From: Candidatus Hermodarchaeota archaeon
GTDB lineage: Archaea > Asgardarchaeota > Lokiarchaeia > Sigyniarchaeales > SOKP01
Direction of reading: 5' to 3'
NCBI GenBank assembly: GCA_048885525.1
Contig: JBHLLP010000020.1
Coordinates: forward strand, 1 to 59,596
DNA length: 59,596 nucleotides
A program made the position numbers and the translations under genes. Below the pieces are notes generated by a model. It did no database searches. It was not told the DNA's origin and saw only the letters and a program-made list of their open reading frames with translations. The first letter of the stretch is position 1. Each line of letters begins with the position of its first letter. Positions 1 through 9,083 of this stretch are shown in pieces.

Positions 1-161
1 ACTAAAAAATTTTCTCCTGGAATATCTATAACAGCAGCATCTTCACCAATCTTTGAGCCCATTATTACCCTACTATCATTAATTTCTAAATTTGAGAGTA
101 ATTGAGCTAAATAATCATGTTTAAGCTTTCCTAGAGTAAATTTTTCATTAACTCTTTTCAT
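1..161 (-). CDS. AIR synthase/HypE-like (PurM superfamily) protein, N-terminal part; runs off the window edge
   Basis: Not in the ORF track. Read by hand from ATG at 161: MKRVNEKFTLGKLKHDYLAQLLSNLEINDSRVIMGSKIGEDAAVIDIPGENFLV. GKL...GEDAAVI is the N-terminal signature of this family. Confidence 0.75.
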   Translation of the reverse strand, partial: MKRVNEKFTLGKLKHDYLAQLLSNLEINDSRVIMGSKIGEDAAVIDIPGENFL

Positions 162-401
162 GGTTATAGTCTTTTTAGGAGTTCATGATTTATTAAAATT
201 TTCAACAAATCCTTGGTTAAATCCATCTTAACGTTATATAATTTTAATGAAGAAAGGTATCCCAAGTAATTTTATAGATAATGAGAAAATAAAAGATGAA
301 ATATGATATATGGTTAAATTTGACCCGAAAGTTTAAAATCCATTTCTTCCTTGATGATAGTAAGATTTTAAACTCTACTTGCAAAAAAGAGTCGGTTAGA
401 A

Positions 402-926
402 ATGGCATTTGGTAAAGCATTCTTGTTGAGTATTGCTGCTTTTGTGGGTTTAAACTTCATTTTTACAATAATATATTATGCTCTCGGATCAGGTTTTGAT
501 ACATTGTTTACAACCATCGAATCAGCTCCATTAATTATACTATATTATTTATTCGGTTCAATCATAAGTACACCTTATATAATTCTTAACAATATGATTT
601 TTCAACCATTATTATTTAGTTTTGACTTAGATATTTTCTTAATGTGGTTAGGATTCTTAATTGCACCGATAATAGCCGCAATACTCGCTGGAAGATTTGG
701 TGAAAGTAAAGGCCAATCCTTTGGAGCATGGGCCTTAACTGCTGTAATAAGTACGGTATCTGTGATTATCGCAGCATTATTAAGTCCTACTACTGAGGGT
801 GAATTAATAACTTTATATGGTTTGTTATCTGAACAGATCATTATTTTCGCTATTATTAGCCTAATAATTAATATAGTATTTTATGGATTCTTCGCCTTAT
901 TGCTCTCAAAAATAGAATACTATTAA
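402..926 (+). CDS. Hypothetical multi-pass membrane protein
   Basis: 174 aa with about 5 hydrophobic segments; T-tract directly after the stop. Confidence 0.7.
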   Translation: MAFGKAFLLSIAAFVGLNFIFTIIYYALGSGFDTLFTTIESAPLIILYYLFGSIISTPYIILNNMIFQPLLFSFDLDIFLMWLGFLIAPIIAAILAGRFGESKGQSFGAWALTAVISTVSVIIAALLSPTTEGELITLYGLLSEQIIIFAIISLIINIVFYGFFALLLSKIEYY

Positions 927-1211
927 TTTTTTTTCGATATTATTCAAAATTTGTTCTATTTTTATAGTCTAAATTAAACTGTAATTTAGGAAGGGAAACA
1001 AAATTTTCAATCTTACATTGGATTTCGCCTTTAATTGTCTCTTTTTATATTAAATTTGAATTTTGTTATCCTTATCCTCTTCTTTTTATTAATCATTCAA
1101 GAACAAATGATTTTAATGATGTTTCCTAATCTATTAATGGGTTAATAGGATTCCTACTCTGAAATTAATATAAGTAAAATAATAGTATAAGTAAAATTTT
1201 TGGTGAAGTGA

Positions 1212-1541
1212 ATGAGTTCAGGAAAATTAGAGGAGAATTATCTTAAGAATGTTGAAAGCAGTTTTAGATTCAATGATTCTGCTATTTTTAATAATTATAA
1301 TTTACAACAGAGTAAATTTTCTGAACAAAAATTATACGAACATGATTTAATAAAAGATAATAAAAGTATCCTTAAGCATTTAAATGAAGGTGTTAAAAAA
1401 AATCATTTTAACATGATAAAAGAAATTCACAATATTTTAAAGAGTTCAAAAAATCTTACCCAAAACCAAAAATTTGCTTATTGTAATAGTCAGAGATTTT
1501 TTATGAAATTATATTTGAAGAGAATTTCTAGAGAACGATGA
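1212..1541 (+). CDS. Hypothetical protein
   Basis: 109 aa ORF; GGTGA SD-like motif just upstream of the ATG; no recognisable motif. Confidence 0.5.
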   Translation: MSSGKLEENYLKNVESSFRFNDSAIFNNYNLQQSKFSEQKLYEHDLIKDNKSILKHLNEGVKKNHFNMIKEIHNILKSSKNLTQNQKFAYCNSQRFFMKLYLKRISRER

Positions 1542-1578
1542 GTTATAAAATTATTTTATTTGTTATTGCATTGTAATT

Positions 1579-3012
1579 TTATATTTTATGAGATCTAAGA
1601 AATTCCATATAATTACATAATAACGAAATGCTTTTTGCAGCATCTCTCAATGATAAGAAATAGAGGATTCTTCTCTTATGTAATAACTTTTTAGAAGACT
1701 CAAATTTTTTTGCGAGAGCACTATCATCAGCAAGGTTAGGTAAACAAAACGCGAATGGTTTTGAGGATGAATCAAAACATCTTATCATTCTATTAAATAC
1801 ATGCCGATAAATATGATCAGGCCAGAGTGGTATTATGATTATATCAATATTTGGATCATTAACCACAATTTCAATACAATCAGTAAAAGTTTTTAAAATA
1901 AACCCAGATGCACCTAAATCAACGGGATTTTTAATATTTACATTAACATAGGGTAAAATTTCAGCTATTTTTGACTGTGATTGAAATGTTAATTCTGGTA
2001 TATTAAGATTTCGAGATGCGAATAAGTCTGTCATATTTACAGAAGCACCTCCTCCTGGAGTAATTATTCCAACATTTCTTCCTTTAGGAAGATATTTTGG
2101 ATATAATAATTCAAAGGTTTTTATTGTATTCCAAAATTCTTCATTATCACTAACAAGAGTAGTACCAGTTTGTTTAGCCATTGAATGCCACAAAAATTTA
2201 TTTGAAGCTATTGCTCCAGTATGGGAAAAAGCAGCACGAGATCCATCTTTAGTATAACCTCCCTTCCATAAAATAACTGGTTTAATTTTAGTTGCCTTTC
2301 TAAGTTCTAAAAATAATTCGTGTCCTGAAGCTGAACCGGAAGATTCTAAATAAGCAGCAATTAGATTTGTTTTTGAATTTTGACGATAAAACCTTAAAAA
2401 ATCCACGCAATTTAAATCAATTTGATTACCAAAACTAATTCCATAACGGAACCTAATATCTCGTTGATAACCTACATTAACTAACTGGGTTAAATGCCCT
2501 CCGGATTGGGACATGAAAGATACACTCCCATATTTTCCATATTGGGATGCAAATGAGAATGCCATTCCATTTTCTGCGTTTAATGGACCTAAACAGTTTG
2601 GTCCGATTATCCTTGTAATAGAGCCTTTAATAATTTTTAAGAGTTCTAATTCTAATTGTTTTCCTTTAAAATCTCCAGTTTCAGAAAACCCTGAAGCAAA
2701 AATAATAACCCATTTTATTCCTTTTTTAACGCATTCTTTCAGAGCTTCTGCGATAAATTGAGTGTTCAATGAGATATAAGCTGTATCGACAGGATAAGGA
2801 ACGTCTAAAACCGAAGGATAACATTTCCATCCCAATATTTCATTATATTTTGGATTTATTGGATAAAAAGTATTAGACCAAATAGAATTCTTGAAAGCTG
2901 GCAAATACATCATTGAGCCTAATCTTGAGCTTTCTGATGCTCCAATAAATGCAATATGTTTAGGATAAAACAAAGAATTAAGATTTTCAAATTGTTTTTG
3001 ATCTTTTTCCAT
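1579..3012 (-). CDS. acdA: ADP-forming acetyl-/acyl-CoA synthetase, alpha subunit
   Basis: CoA-binding N-domain (IAFIGAS, YPINP, SGFSE, RIIGPNCLG), SQSGG, GNQIDL, phospho-His motif SHTGAIA, NPVDLG. Confidence 0.85.
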   Translation of the reverse strand: MEKDQKQFENLNSLFYPKHIAFIGASESSRLGSMMYLPAFKNSIWSNTFYPINPKYNEILGWKCYPSVLDVPYPVDTAYISLNTQFIAEALKECVKKGIKWVIIFASGFSETGDFKGKQLELELLKIIKGSITRIIGPNCLGPLNAENGMAFSFASQYGKYGSVSFMSQSGGHLTQLVNVGYQRDIRFRYGISFGNQIDLNCVDFLRFYRQNSKTNLIAAYLESSGSASGHELFLELRKATKIKPVILWKGGYTKDGSRAAFSHTGAIASNKFLWHSMAKQTGTTLVSDNEEFWNTIKTFELLYPKYLPKGRNVGIITPGGGASVNMTDLFASRNLNIPELTFQSQSKIAEILPYVNVNIKNPVDLGASGFILKTFTDCIEIVVNDPNIDIIIIPLWPDHIYRHVFNRMIRCFDSSSKPFAFCLPNLADDSALAKKFESSKKLLHKRRILYFLSLRDAAKSISLLCNYMEFLRSHKI

Positions 3013-3197
3013 TAAATAATTAAATTTAAAGATTTTTTAATAATTTTCCAATATATTGATTTAGCTATTACATCTTAAAGAGAGTTGGAGTTTTAATTAT
3101 TTTGAAAAAACCAAATTTTTAATTAAATTTACAATTAGAGTACCCATACTTACTGAATTTTTTCTATAGATTTAAAAAGAATTTGGAGAAAGTGAAA

Positions 3198-4655
3198 ATG
3201 GCTAGACCAAGTCCGTTAGAAGTTTATGCACTCTTGGATAAATCAAATTGTAAGGACTGCGGGTATGATACGTGCATGGCTTTTGCAACAGATACATTAG
3301 AAAGGAAGGTAAAACCTCAAGATTGTAATCATCTAATGCAAGATCCAAAACAAGCAAAAAATAGAAATAAGCTTATTGAACTTTTGACACCTCCTCAAAA
3401 ATCTGTTACAATTGGGGTAGGAGATAGGGCAGTTATTGTAGGCGGAGAAGAAGTTTTAATGAGACATCAATTAACATTTTATAATCAAACAGCTCTATTT
3501 ATTGAAATAGCAGATGATGATACTGATTTGGAGGATATTATCAAATATCTCTCAGACCTTAAAATTGAAAGGATCGGAGATATTCTTACCCTTGATGGTA
3601 TTGCTTTAAGAAATGTTTCCGGAGATAAAGATCAATTCAAATTAGCTGCTAAAAAAGCAACAGAACTCTCAAATCTTCCAGTTATGTTGTGTAGTTTTGA
3701 TACTGGATTTTTATTAGCTGCTGCTGAAGAAATTAGGGATAAAAAACCATTACTCTACGCTGTTACAAAAGATAATTGGGAAGAAATTGGAAAATTTGCC
3801 ATACAGAATAATTTACCTGTTGTTATTACTTCTAGTGATTTAGATGAGCTAATATCTTTAAGTGCTACTCTACAGATATTAGGAGTAAAAGAAATGATAT
3901 TAGATCCAGGAACTTATTTTGGACCAGGGAATCTTTCTGTAACCTATGATAGAATTATGCAATTAAGAACAGCGGCAATAGATAAAAAAGATAAAAATTC
4001 TTGCTGGCCAGTTATGGGTGTGCCTGCGGCTTATTGGAGTCAAGTAAAGATAGGAGAAGATAAACAACTATGGGAACATCAATATCAAGAAGTGATAATG
4101 GGCGCAATAATGGAATCTATAGATGCAAATATGATAGTATTACACACCGGTCAGAAAAAGGAAGAGATTTGGGCACTTTTAGCCTTGATGACATTAAGAC
4201 AAAGTGTATTTTCTGATCCAAGAATTTATCCTGCTGTAGATCCAGGGATGTATAAAATTGGAGAACCCGGAGATGTGGCTCCAATATTCGTTACAAGTAA
4301 TTATAGAATGACTAAAATCCCTGTTGAACAAGATCTACAAGGAGCTAACCTAAATTGTTGGCTTTTAGTAGTTGATACTGAAGGTATAGGAATTGAGAGC
4401 GCTGTAGCTGGTGGACAATTTAGTGCAGGTGGAATTGCGGAAGCTGTTAAGGAGTTTGGAGCTTTTGATAAAGTTAACCATAGAATTCTAGTTATTCCAG
4501 GTATGGCTGCTCGTTTGAGTGGAGCATTAGAAGATGAAGCAGATGCTTTTGTGGTTGTAGGGCCTAGAGATAGTTCTGGAATTCCAAAGTTTATGGAATC
4601 TCAGTGGAAACCAGAAGAATATATGAAAGAATATGAATCTTGGTCAAAAGAATAA
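3198..4655 (+). CDS. acsC: Corrinoid iron-sulfur protein large subunit (CODH/ACS gamma, AcsC/CdhE)
   Basis: N-terminal Fe-S motif NCKDCGYDTCMAFA...C, GGEEVLMRH, TIM-barrel region, C-terminal VTSNY / LLVVDTEG / IPGMAARLSG / VGPRDS. ATG at 3198 after GGAG is preferred to TTG at 3183. Confidence 0.9.
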   Translation: MARPSPLEVYALLDKSNCKDCGYDTCMAFATDTLERKVKPQDCNHLMQDPKQAKNRNKLIELLTPPQKSVTIGVGDRAVIVGGEEVLMRHQLTFYNQTALFIEIADDDTDLEDIIKYLSDLKIERIGDILTLDGIALRNVSGDKDQFKLAAKKATELSNLPVMLCSFDTGFLLAAAEEIRDKKPLLYAVTKDNWEEIGKFAIQNNLPVVITSSDLDELISLSATLQILGVKEMILDPGTYFGPGNLSVTYDRIMQLRTAAIDKKDKNSCWPVMGVPAAYWSQVKIGEDKQLWEHQYQEVIMGAIMESIDANMIVLHTGQKKEEIWALLALMTLRQSVFSDPRIYPAVDPGMYKIGEPGDVAPIFVTSNYRMTKIPVEQDLQGANLNCWLLVVDTEGIGIESAVAGGQFSAGGIAEAVKEFGAFDKVNHRILVIPGMAARLSGALEDEADAFVVVGPRDSSGIPKFMESQWKPEEYMKEYESWSKE

Positions 4656-4724
4656 GTGATTGTTAAAAATTTACTACTTTTTTTCTCTTTTTTAATATTG
4701 ATACCCAAAATTAGATTTTTATTT

Positions 4725-5393
4725 TTAAAATAAAGTCATTATTAAACCATTAGTTAACTCGCTGACAGAATTTATTATTATAACTTTTCCTTTTTTAATT
4801 GCATTTAGTTGCTCGGATGAATAGTGTCCCGTTAATACTCCTATGAATGGACAGTTTAGGTTATTAGAAAGCATAACATCTTTTGGATGATCTCCGATGA
4901 TTATAATATCATATCCAGGGTATTTCTTTTCTATAATTATTTTTAATTTTGGATCTAATTTTCCCAGGTCTTTTGTATCTTCTGTTTCTCCTATGATATA
5001 ATTAAAATATTTCTGAATCTTTAAAATTTCAAGAATTTTTTTTGCCATTTCTTGCTTTTTTGATGTTATTACTCCTAAAGTGTAGGATAACTCGTATAAT
5101 TCTTTTAATTTAGATTTAATACCAGGTAATAGACTTGCTTGATAAATGCCTTTTCTCCCATAATATTCTCTAAACGCAAACACTAATTTTGAAGTGTCAT
5201 AGTCGGAGATTTTATTAAACATTTCATTTAAAGGTGTGCCAATCATATATTCTATTTCCGGTTTCTCCAATATAGGTAAGTTATGTTTATTTAACGCATA
5301 ATTAAATGAAGCTACGATCCCATCCTTGTTATTGATTAAAGTATTATCTAGATCGAAACTTAAAATAATATTTTTACTATTCTTATCTTTCAT
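4725..5393 (-). CDS. HAD-superfamily hydrolase (phosphoglycolate phosphatase-like)
   Basis: Motif I FDLDNTL, motif II ITSK, motif IV IGDHPKD. Confidence 0.85.
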   Translation of the reverse strand: MKDKNSKNIILSFDLDNTLINNKDGIVASFNYALNKHNLPILEKPEIEYMIGTPLNEMFNKISDYDTSKLVFAFREYYGRKGIYQASLLPGIKSKLKELYELSYTLGVITSKKQEMAKKILEILKIQKYFNYIIGETEDTKDLGKLDPKLKIIIEKKYPGYDIIIIGDHPKDVMLSNNLNCPFIGVLTGHYSSEQLNAIKKGKVIIINSVSELTNGLIMTLF

Positions 5394-5487
5394 TTTTCTT
5401 AAAGTTAATAATTAATAAAATGTAAAAAAATAAAGAAAAGAAGGTTTATTAAAATTTCCTGTTAAGAATTGCTTGATATCCTTCTTA

Positions 5488-6708
5488 CTAAGTCATATGA
5501 ATTGTTAATAATGGATCTCCAAAAAATTTCATACCATATACTTCTTCCCAGTGATTAAATGGGATAATTTCTGGTCCATAAAACCAATCTTTAAACGCTT
5601 CTCCGAAAATTTTTCCATCTCTTAAGGAATCATAGAATGGTTGATATAGGCACATCCCTCCTGATCTTGAACATCCTATTACATTTAACGCTTGACCACT
5701 AAAAAGGTAATGTGTTGCAAGATTATTTGTACTCATTAGATTTGCTGAAAAACAGGAGTATAGATTAAAGAATAAGGGTTGAGGTCCAGTATTATATATA
5801 TCTTTGTAAGTTAAGATTCCATCTGTAGGAGTTGTTTGATATATATTAACACCAAACTGCTGTTCAGTTCCATTAGAATGAGCAAGTATATGTACAAGTT
5901 CATAATTGGCGAAGTTAGGATGTGTAATATCTGAAATATTTGATAAAAAGTATGTCGCATTTGTATAATCATTACCATAATAATTGTAGTCTGATTCGCA
6001 AGTAAGATTATTACCAGTATAAGCGGTGAAAGCACCAATCCATTCACTAGCCCAAAGTGCCCATTCATCATCAATATAAAGTAAAGCTTTATTGGGTCGA
6101 ACTGTAACACCAGTTCTTAAATTATGAGTCCTATTGAAAAAGTTATTCAATGCTATAATTGGATTAAATCCTGCCATAGATATAGTATATGGACTAATAC
6201 GAGCTACCCATATTTCTGGAAGTGCATCTGCTGTACCATTATTATGTTCTACATGGTTGTCTAAAGCACCTACATCATAATAACCATTTGTATTTACATC
6301 GGTCCAATTTCCGTCCAAATCCATAAGATAATAATCACAAGAAAATTGACGGTACTTATTCCACGCAGAGTCCCAATATTGTGCTTTTGCATATGGGAGT
6401 TTTCCTATTAATACAACTCCTATTAATCCATTCGAATAGGCTGTTATAATGTGATTTTTAAGTTGAGTAACATCAGTATTAGACCAATTATAAACCTCTA
6501 CCTTATATCCTTGAGTAATAATATCTTGTTTATATTGATTGATATCAGAAGACAGACTACTATAAATCGTAGAATTAACATAAATATGAACTCGAGGTGA
6601 TTGAGTAGATTGTCTTCTGCCAAAATTGACAATTGTAAATGGAATCGTTACCACAACAAATACAATACAAATTGTTATTACTATTAGATATTTATTAATT
6701 TTTTTCAT
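5488..6708 (-). CDS. Membrane-anchored/secreted gingipain-like (C25, clan CD) cysteine peptidase domain protein
   Basis: N-terminal hydrophobic anchor; C25-like motifs VVLIG, CDYYLMDLDG, PEIWVARI, putative dyad AHS...YSC, C-terminal FFGDP. Confidence 0.65.
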   Translation of the reverse strand: MKKINKYLIVITICIVFVVVTIPFTIVNFGRRQSTQSPRVHIYVNSTIYSSLSSDINQYKQDIITQGYKVEVYNWSNTDVTQLKNHIITAYSNGLIGVVLIGKLPYAKAQYWDSAWNKYRQFSCDYYLMDLDGNWTDVNTNGYYDVGALDNHVEHNNGTADALPEIWVARISPYTISMAGFNPIIALNNFFNRTHNLRTGVTVRPNKALLYIDDEWALWASEWIGAFTAYTGNNLTCESDYNYYGNDYTNATYFLSNISDITHPNFANYELVHILAHSNGTEQQFGVNIYQTTPTDGILTYKDIYNTGPQPLFFNLYSCFSANLMSTNNLATHYLFSGQALNVIGCSRSGGMCLYQPFYDSLRDGKIFGEAFKDWFYGPEIIPFNHWEEVYGMKFFGDPLLTIHMT

Positions 6709-6863
6709 AATTAATCGCTTTTAGAACCGATTGATCATTTTTTCACTAAATTTTAATATCTTAAGAAGAATTGAAAAATTTTTATTAATCTTCACATAAA
6801 GAATTAGTTATAAATATTTACGTTTTTTAAAATACCAAAAACAGTATATACAAAAATGTCTGT

Positions 6864-8513
6864 TTAGTTTATTGTAAACCCTTTAAATAACTTTAAAAGA
6901 TACATTATTTCTTCAGAATTTTCAATTAGTCTTCTCAATTCAAAAGGGAAATTATTCAATTCAACCTCTTTTCTATTGGATACCCGTTCAATCATAATTT
7001 TTATAATTTCTTTATATTTTCTTACAGTATTACTTCCAGTTTCAATTTCAGAAATAACTTCCCATGCTTTATCTAATTTTCCGTTTAATATACATGAGAT
7101 AGATGCGAGTACATAGCTTTGTACTATATGAGAATGCCCTATTTTCTTAAGATTAGCAGCTTTATAATAATAACGATATAAATTGTTAACCATCTCCCTT
7201 AAAAGAAAATCTTTGGCGTCATCCAATTGTTCATAGAATTTTATACTTTCTAAAATAAGAGTCGCTGCGGTAAAAAATTGCTTATTTTTTAAACCTTCTT
7301 CAGCGATTTTATGTAATCCCCTAATTATTTGATTGAATATCCCAAATCTATTAAATTCTAATTCACCTTCTATAGCAATATCATAGGCATTTAAATAACT
7401 TTCAGTGGACTCGTTTATACTACTGATCTTCCAAAAGTTATCTCCTGCTTTAACATAATGCTTATAAGCCATTTCAAAGTTTTCCATATCTTTAAATATA
7501 TTAGCAGCATCAGCAAAATTTATCGCAGCTTGGTTAAAATCCTCCATTTTTTCTGAATAATTTCCAGCCAATAAAAAACAAGAAGCACATTCAATTAAAT
7601 TATTTTGTATATCTTGATAACATAATCCAGCTCCTCGGTAATATCGGGCTATCTTATGATAATTATCTTTACTTTTTTCAACATTTTCTGCTAGATCTAT
7701 ATAAGCTCCAGCCTCTTTTTTGGAGAAAATAGAATATTGATCTTCTTTATCTAAAATTTTATAGAGATTTTTCAATATCTGATAAATCTGAGCTAAGGTT
7801 AACTTATCACTTTTATCTTCATATTTTGTAGCTAAATTTGAGAAATATTCAACACCATCTAAAATTACATCTTGAGATTTGTTGTAATCATCAATTTCTT
7901 CATAACATGATCCTATCTGTCTGTAAGAGAAAGATAACATATCAAAATAGTTATGAAGTTTTGAAATTTTGATTACTCTTTCGTAATATTTTATGGCATT
8001 CTTGTAATCAAAAACTTTTAAAAATAATTCTGCGATATTTTGAAAATTTTGGGCGAGCTTTCTTGTTTCATTAAACTCCTTTAAAAGTTTACTTTCTTGG
8101 TTTAAGAATTTTATGCTATTTAGAAGATTTTTTTTCTCAGATTCTAAATCTTCAATTTTCTCACGATAAATATCCGCTATTCTTAAATATAATTCAGCAA
8201 TCTCATGTAATTTCGCTTGAAGTTTATAATCAACAATTAATTCTTTATAGAGCTCAATAATTTGTTTGTACAATTTGATCGCTTCAGAAAAATCAAAATT
8301 TTCTACAATTTCTGCTACAGAGAAGAGTAATTCTCCTGCTTCAAGAAATTCTCCAGATTGAGCAATCTCTTTAGAGAAATTAATAGAACCTTGAACCATC
8401 TCTTCTATAGCTTTTTCCTTCTCGATTGGATCCCTTAACTGTTTTATTTTAGATTCATCTTTTCGTATCTTATCTAAAAAATCTGTGTAATCGATGAATT
8501 CTTCTTCAATAAT
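6864..8513 (-). CDS. TPR-like alpha-solenoid protein with alpha/gamma-SNAP-like C-terminal half
   Basis: Repeated helical hairpins (EAGELLFSVAE, AAINFADAANIFK, AYKHYVKAGD). The frame is open 38 codons upstream of the track ATG (8399), to an ATT at 8513 behind GAGGAG. Confidence 0.7.
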   Translation of the reverse strand: MIEEEFIDYTDFLDKIRKDESKIKQLRDPIEKEKAIEEMVQGSINFSKEIAQSGEFLEAGELLFSVAEIVENFDFSEAIKLYKQIIELYKELIVDYKLQAKLHEIAELYLRIADIYREKIEDLESEKKNLLNSIKFLNQESKLLKEFNETRKLAQNFQNIAELFLKVFDYKNAIKYYERVIKISKLHNYFDMLSFSYRQIGSCYEEIDDYNKSQDVILDGVEYFSNLATKYEDKSDKLTLAQIYQILKNLYKILDKEDQYSIFSKKEAGAYIDLAENVEKSKDNYHKIARYYRGAGLCYQDIQNNLIECASCFLLAGNYSEKMEDFNQAAINFADAANIFKDMENFEMAYKHYVKAGDNFWKISSINESTESYLNAYDIAIEGELEFNRFGIFNQIIRGLHKIAEEGLKNKQFFTAATLILESIKFYEQLDDAKDFLLREMVNNLYRYYYKAANLKKIGHSHIVQSYVLASISCILNGKLDKAWEVISEIETGSNTVRKYKEIIKIMIERVSNRKEVELNNFPFELRRLIENSEEIMYLLKLFKGFTIN

Positions 8514-8763
8514 TTTTTTATCTCCTCAAACAAAATAAAACCTAAATATAGAAATTAATGTAAAAATAAAAAAAATTGGTTTTTAGTAAAAACTTATAAA
8601 AGATCAGTTCAATTTTCTTAAATTCGAAAATGGATAAAGAAAAGTAAATTATAAACAAAAATTTCTACAAAAACAAGAATTCATCGCAATCTGAAACGAA
8701 TAAATCTAAAGAAATAATATTAAATAGTATTACACGTATATTATTAATAATAAAAAAATGTAG

Positions 8764-8982
8764 GTGATTGTTATAAAACAAGTCTCAGAATTATTAGATA
8801 CTGGTCTTTATGAAACTTTTAAACCAGAAAAAACAATGACCGTGGCGGATTTATTAAGAGAACTCAACTTAGAAGATAAATATTTTGGGATACTAGTAGA
8901 TGGAAAGAAGGCTACACCCGAAACAGTTATTAATGAAAAGAGCGAAGTTGTCATATTACCCCATATCGCAGGTGGGATTTAA
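8764..8982 (+). CDS. Ubiquitin-like beta-grasp protein (SAMP/MoaD/ThiS type) ending GG-Ile
   Basis: TVADLLREL, ILVDG, VVILPHIAGG then one Ile and TAA. The start may be ATA at 8773 because the called GTG lies inside the AGGTGA SD. Confidence 0.8.
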   Translation: MIVIKQVSELLDTGLYETFKPEKTMTVADLLRELNLEDKYFGILVDGKKATPETVINEKSEVVILPHIAGGI

Positions 8983-9083
8983 CTCATTAATTAAAATGGA
9001 TTTTTTTACAATTCTCTTTTTAAAAGTAATATATAATATTTAATTATTTTAATTCAATTTATAGGAATATTTCAGGTAAGAAG

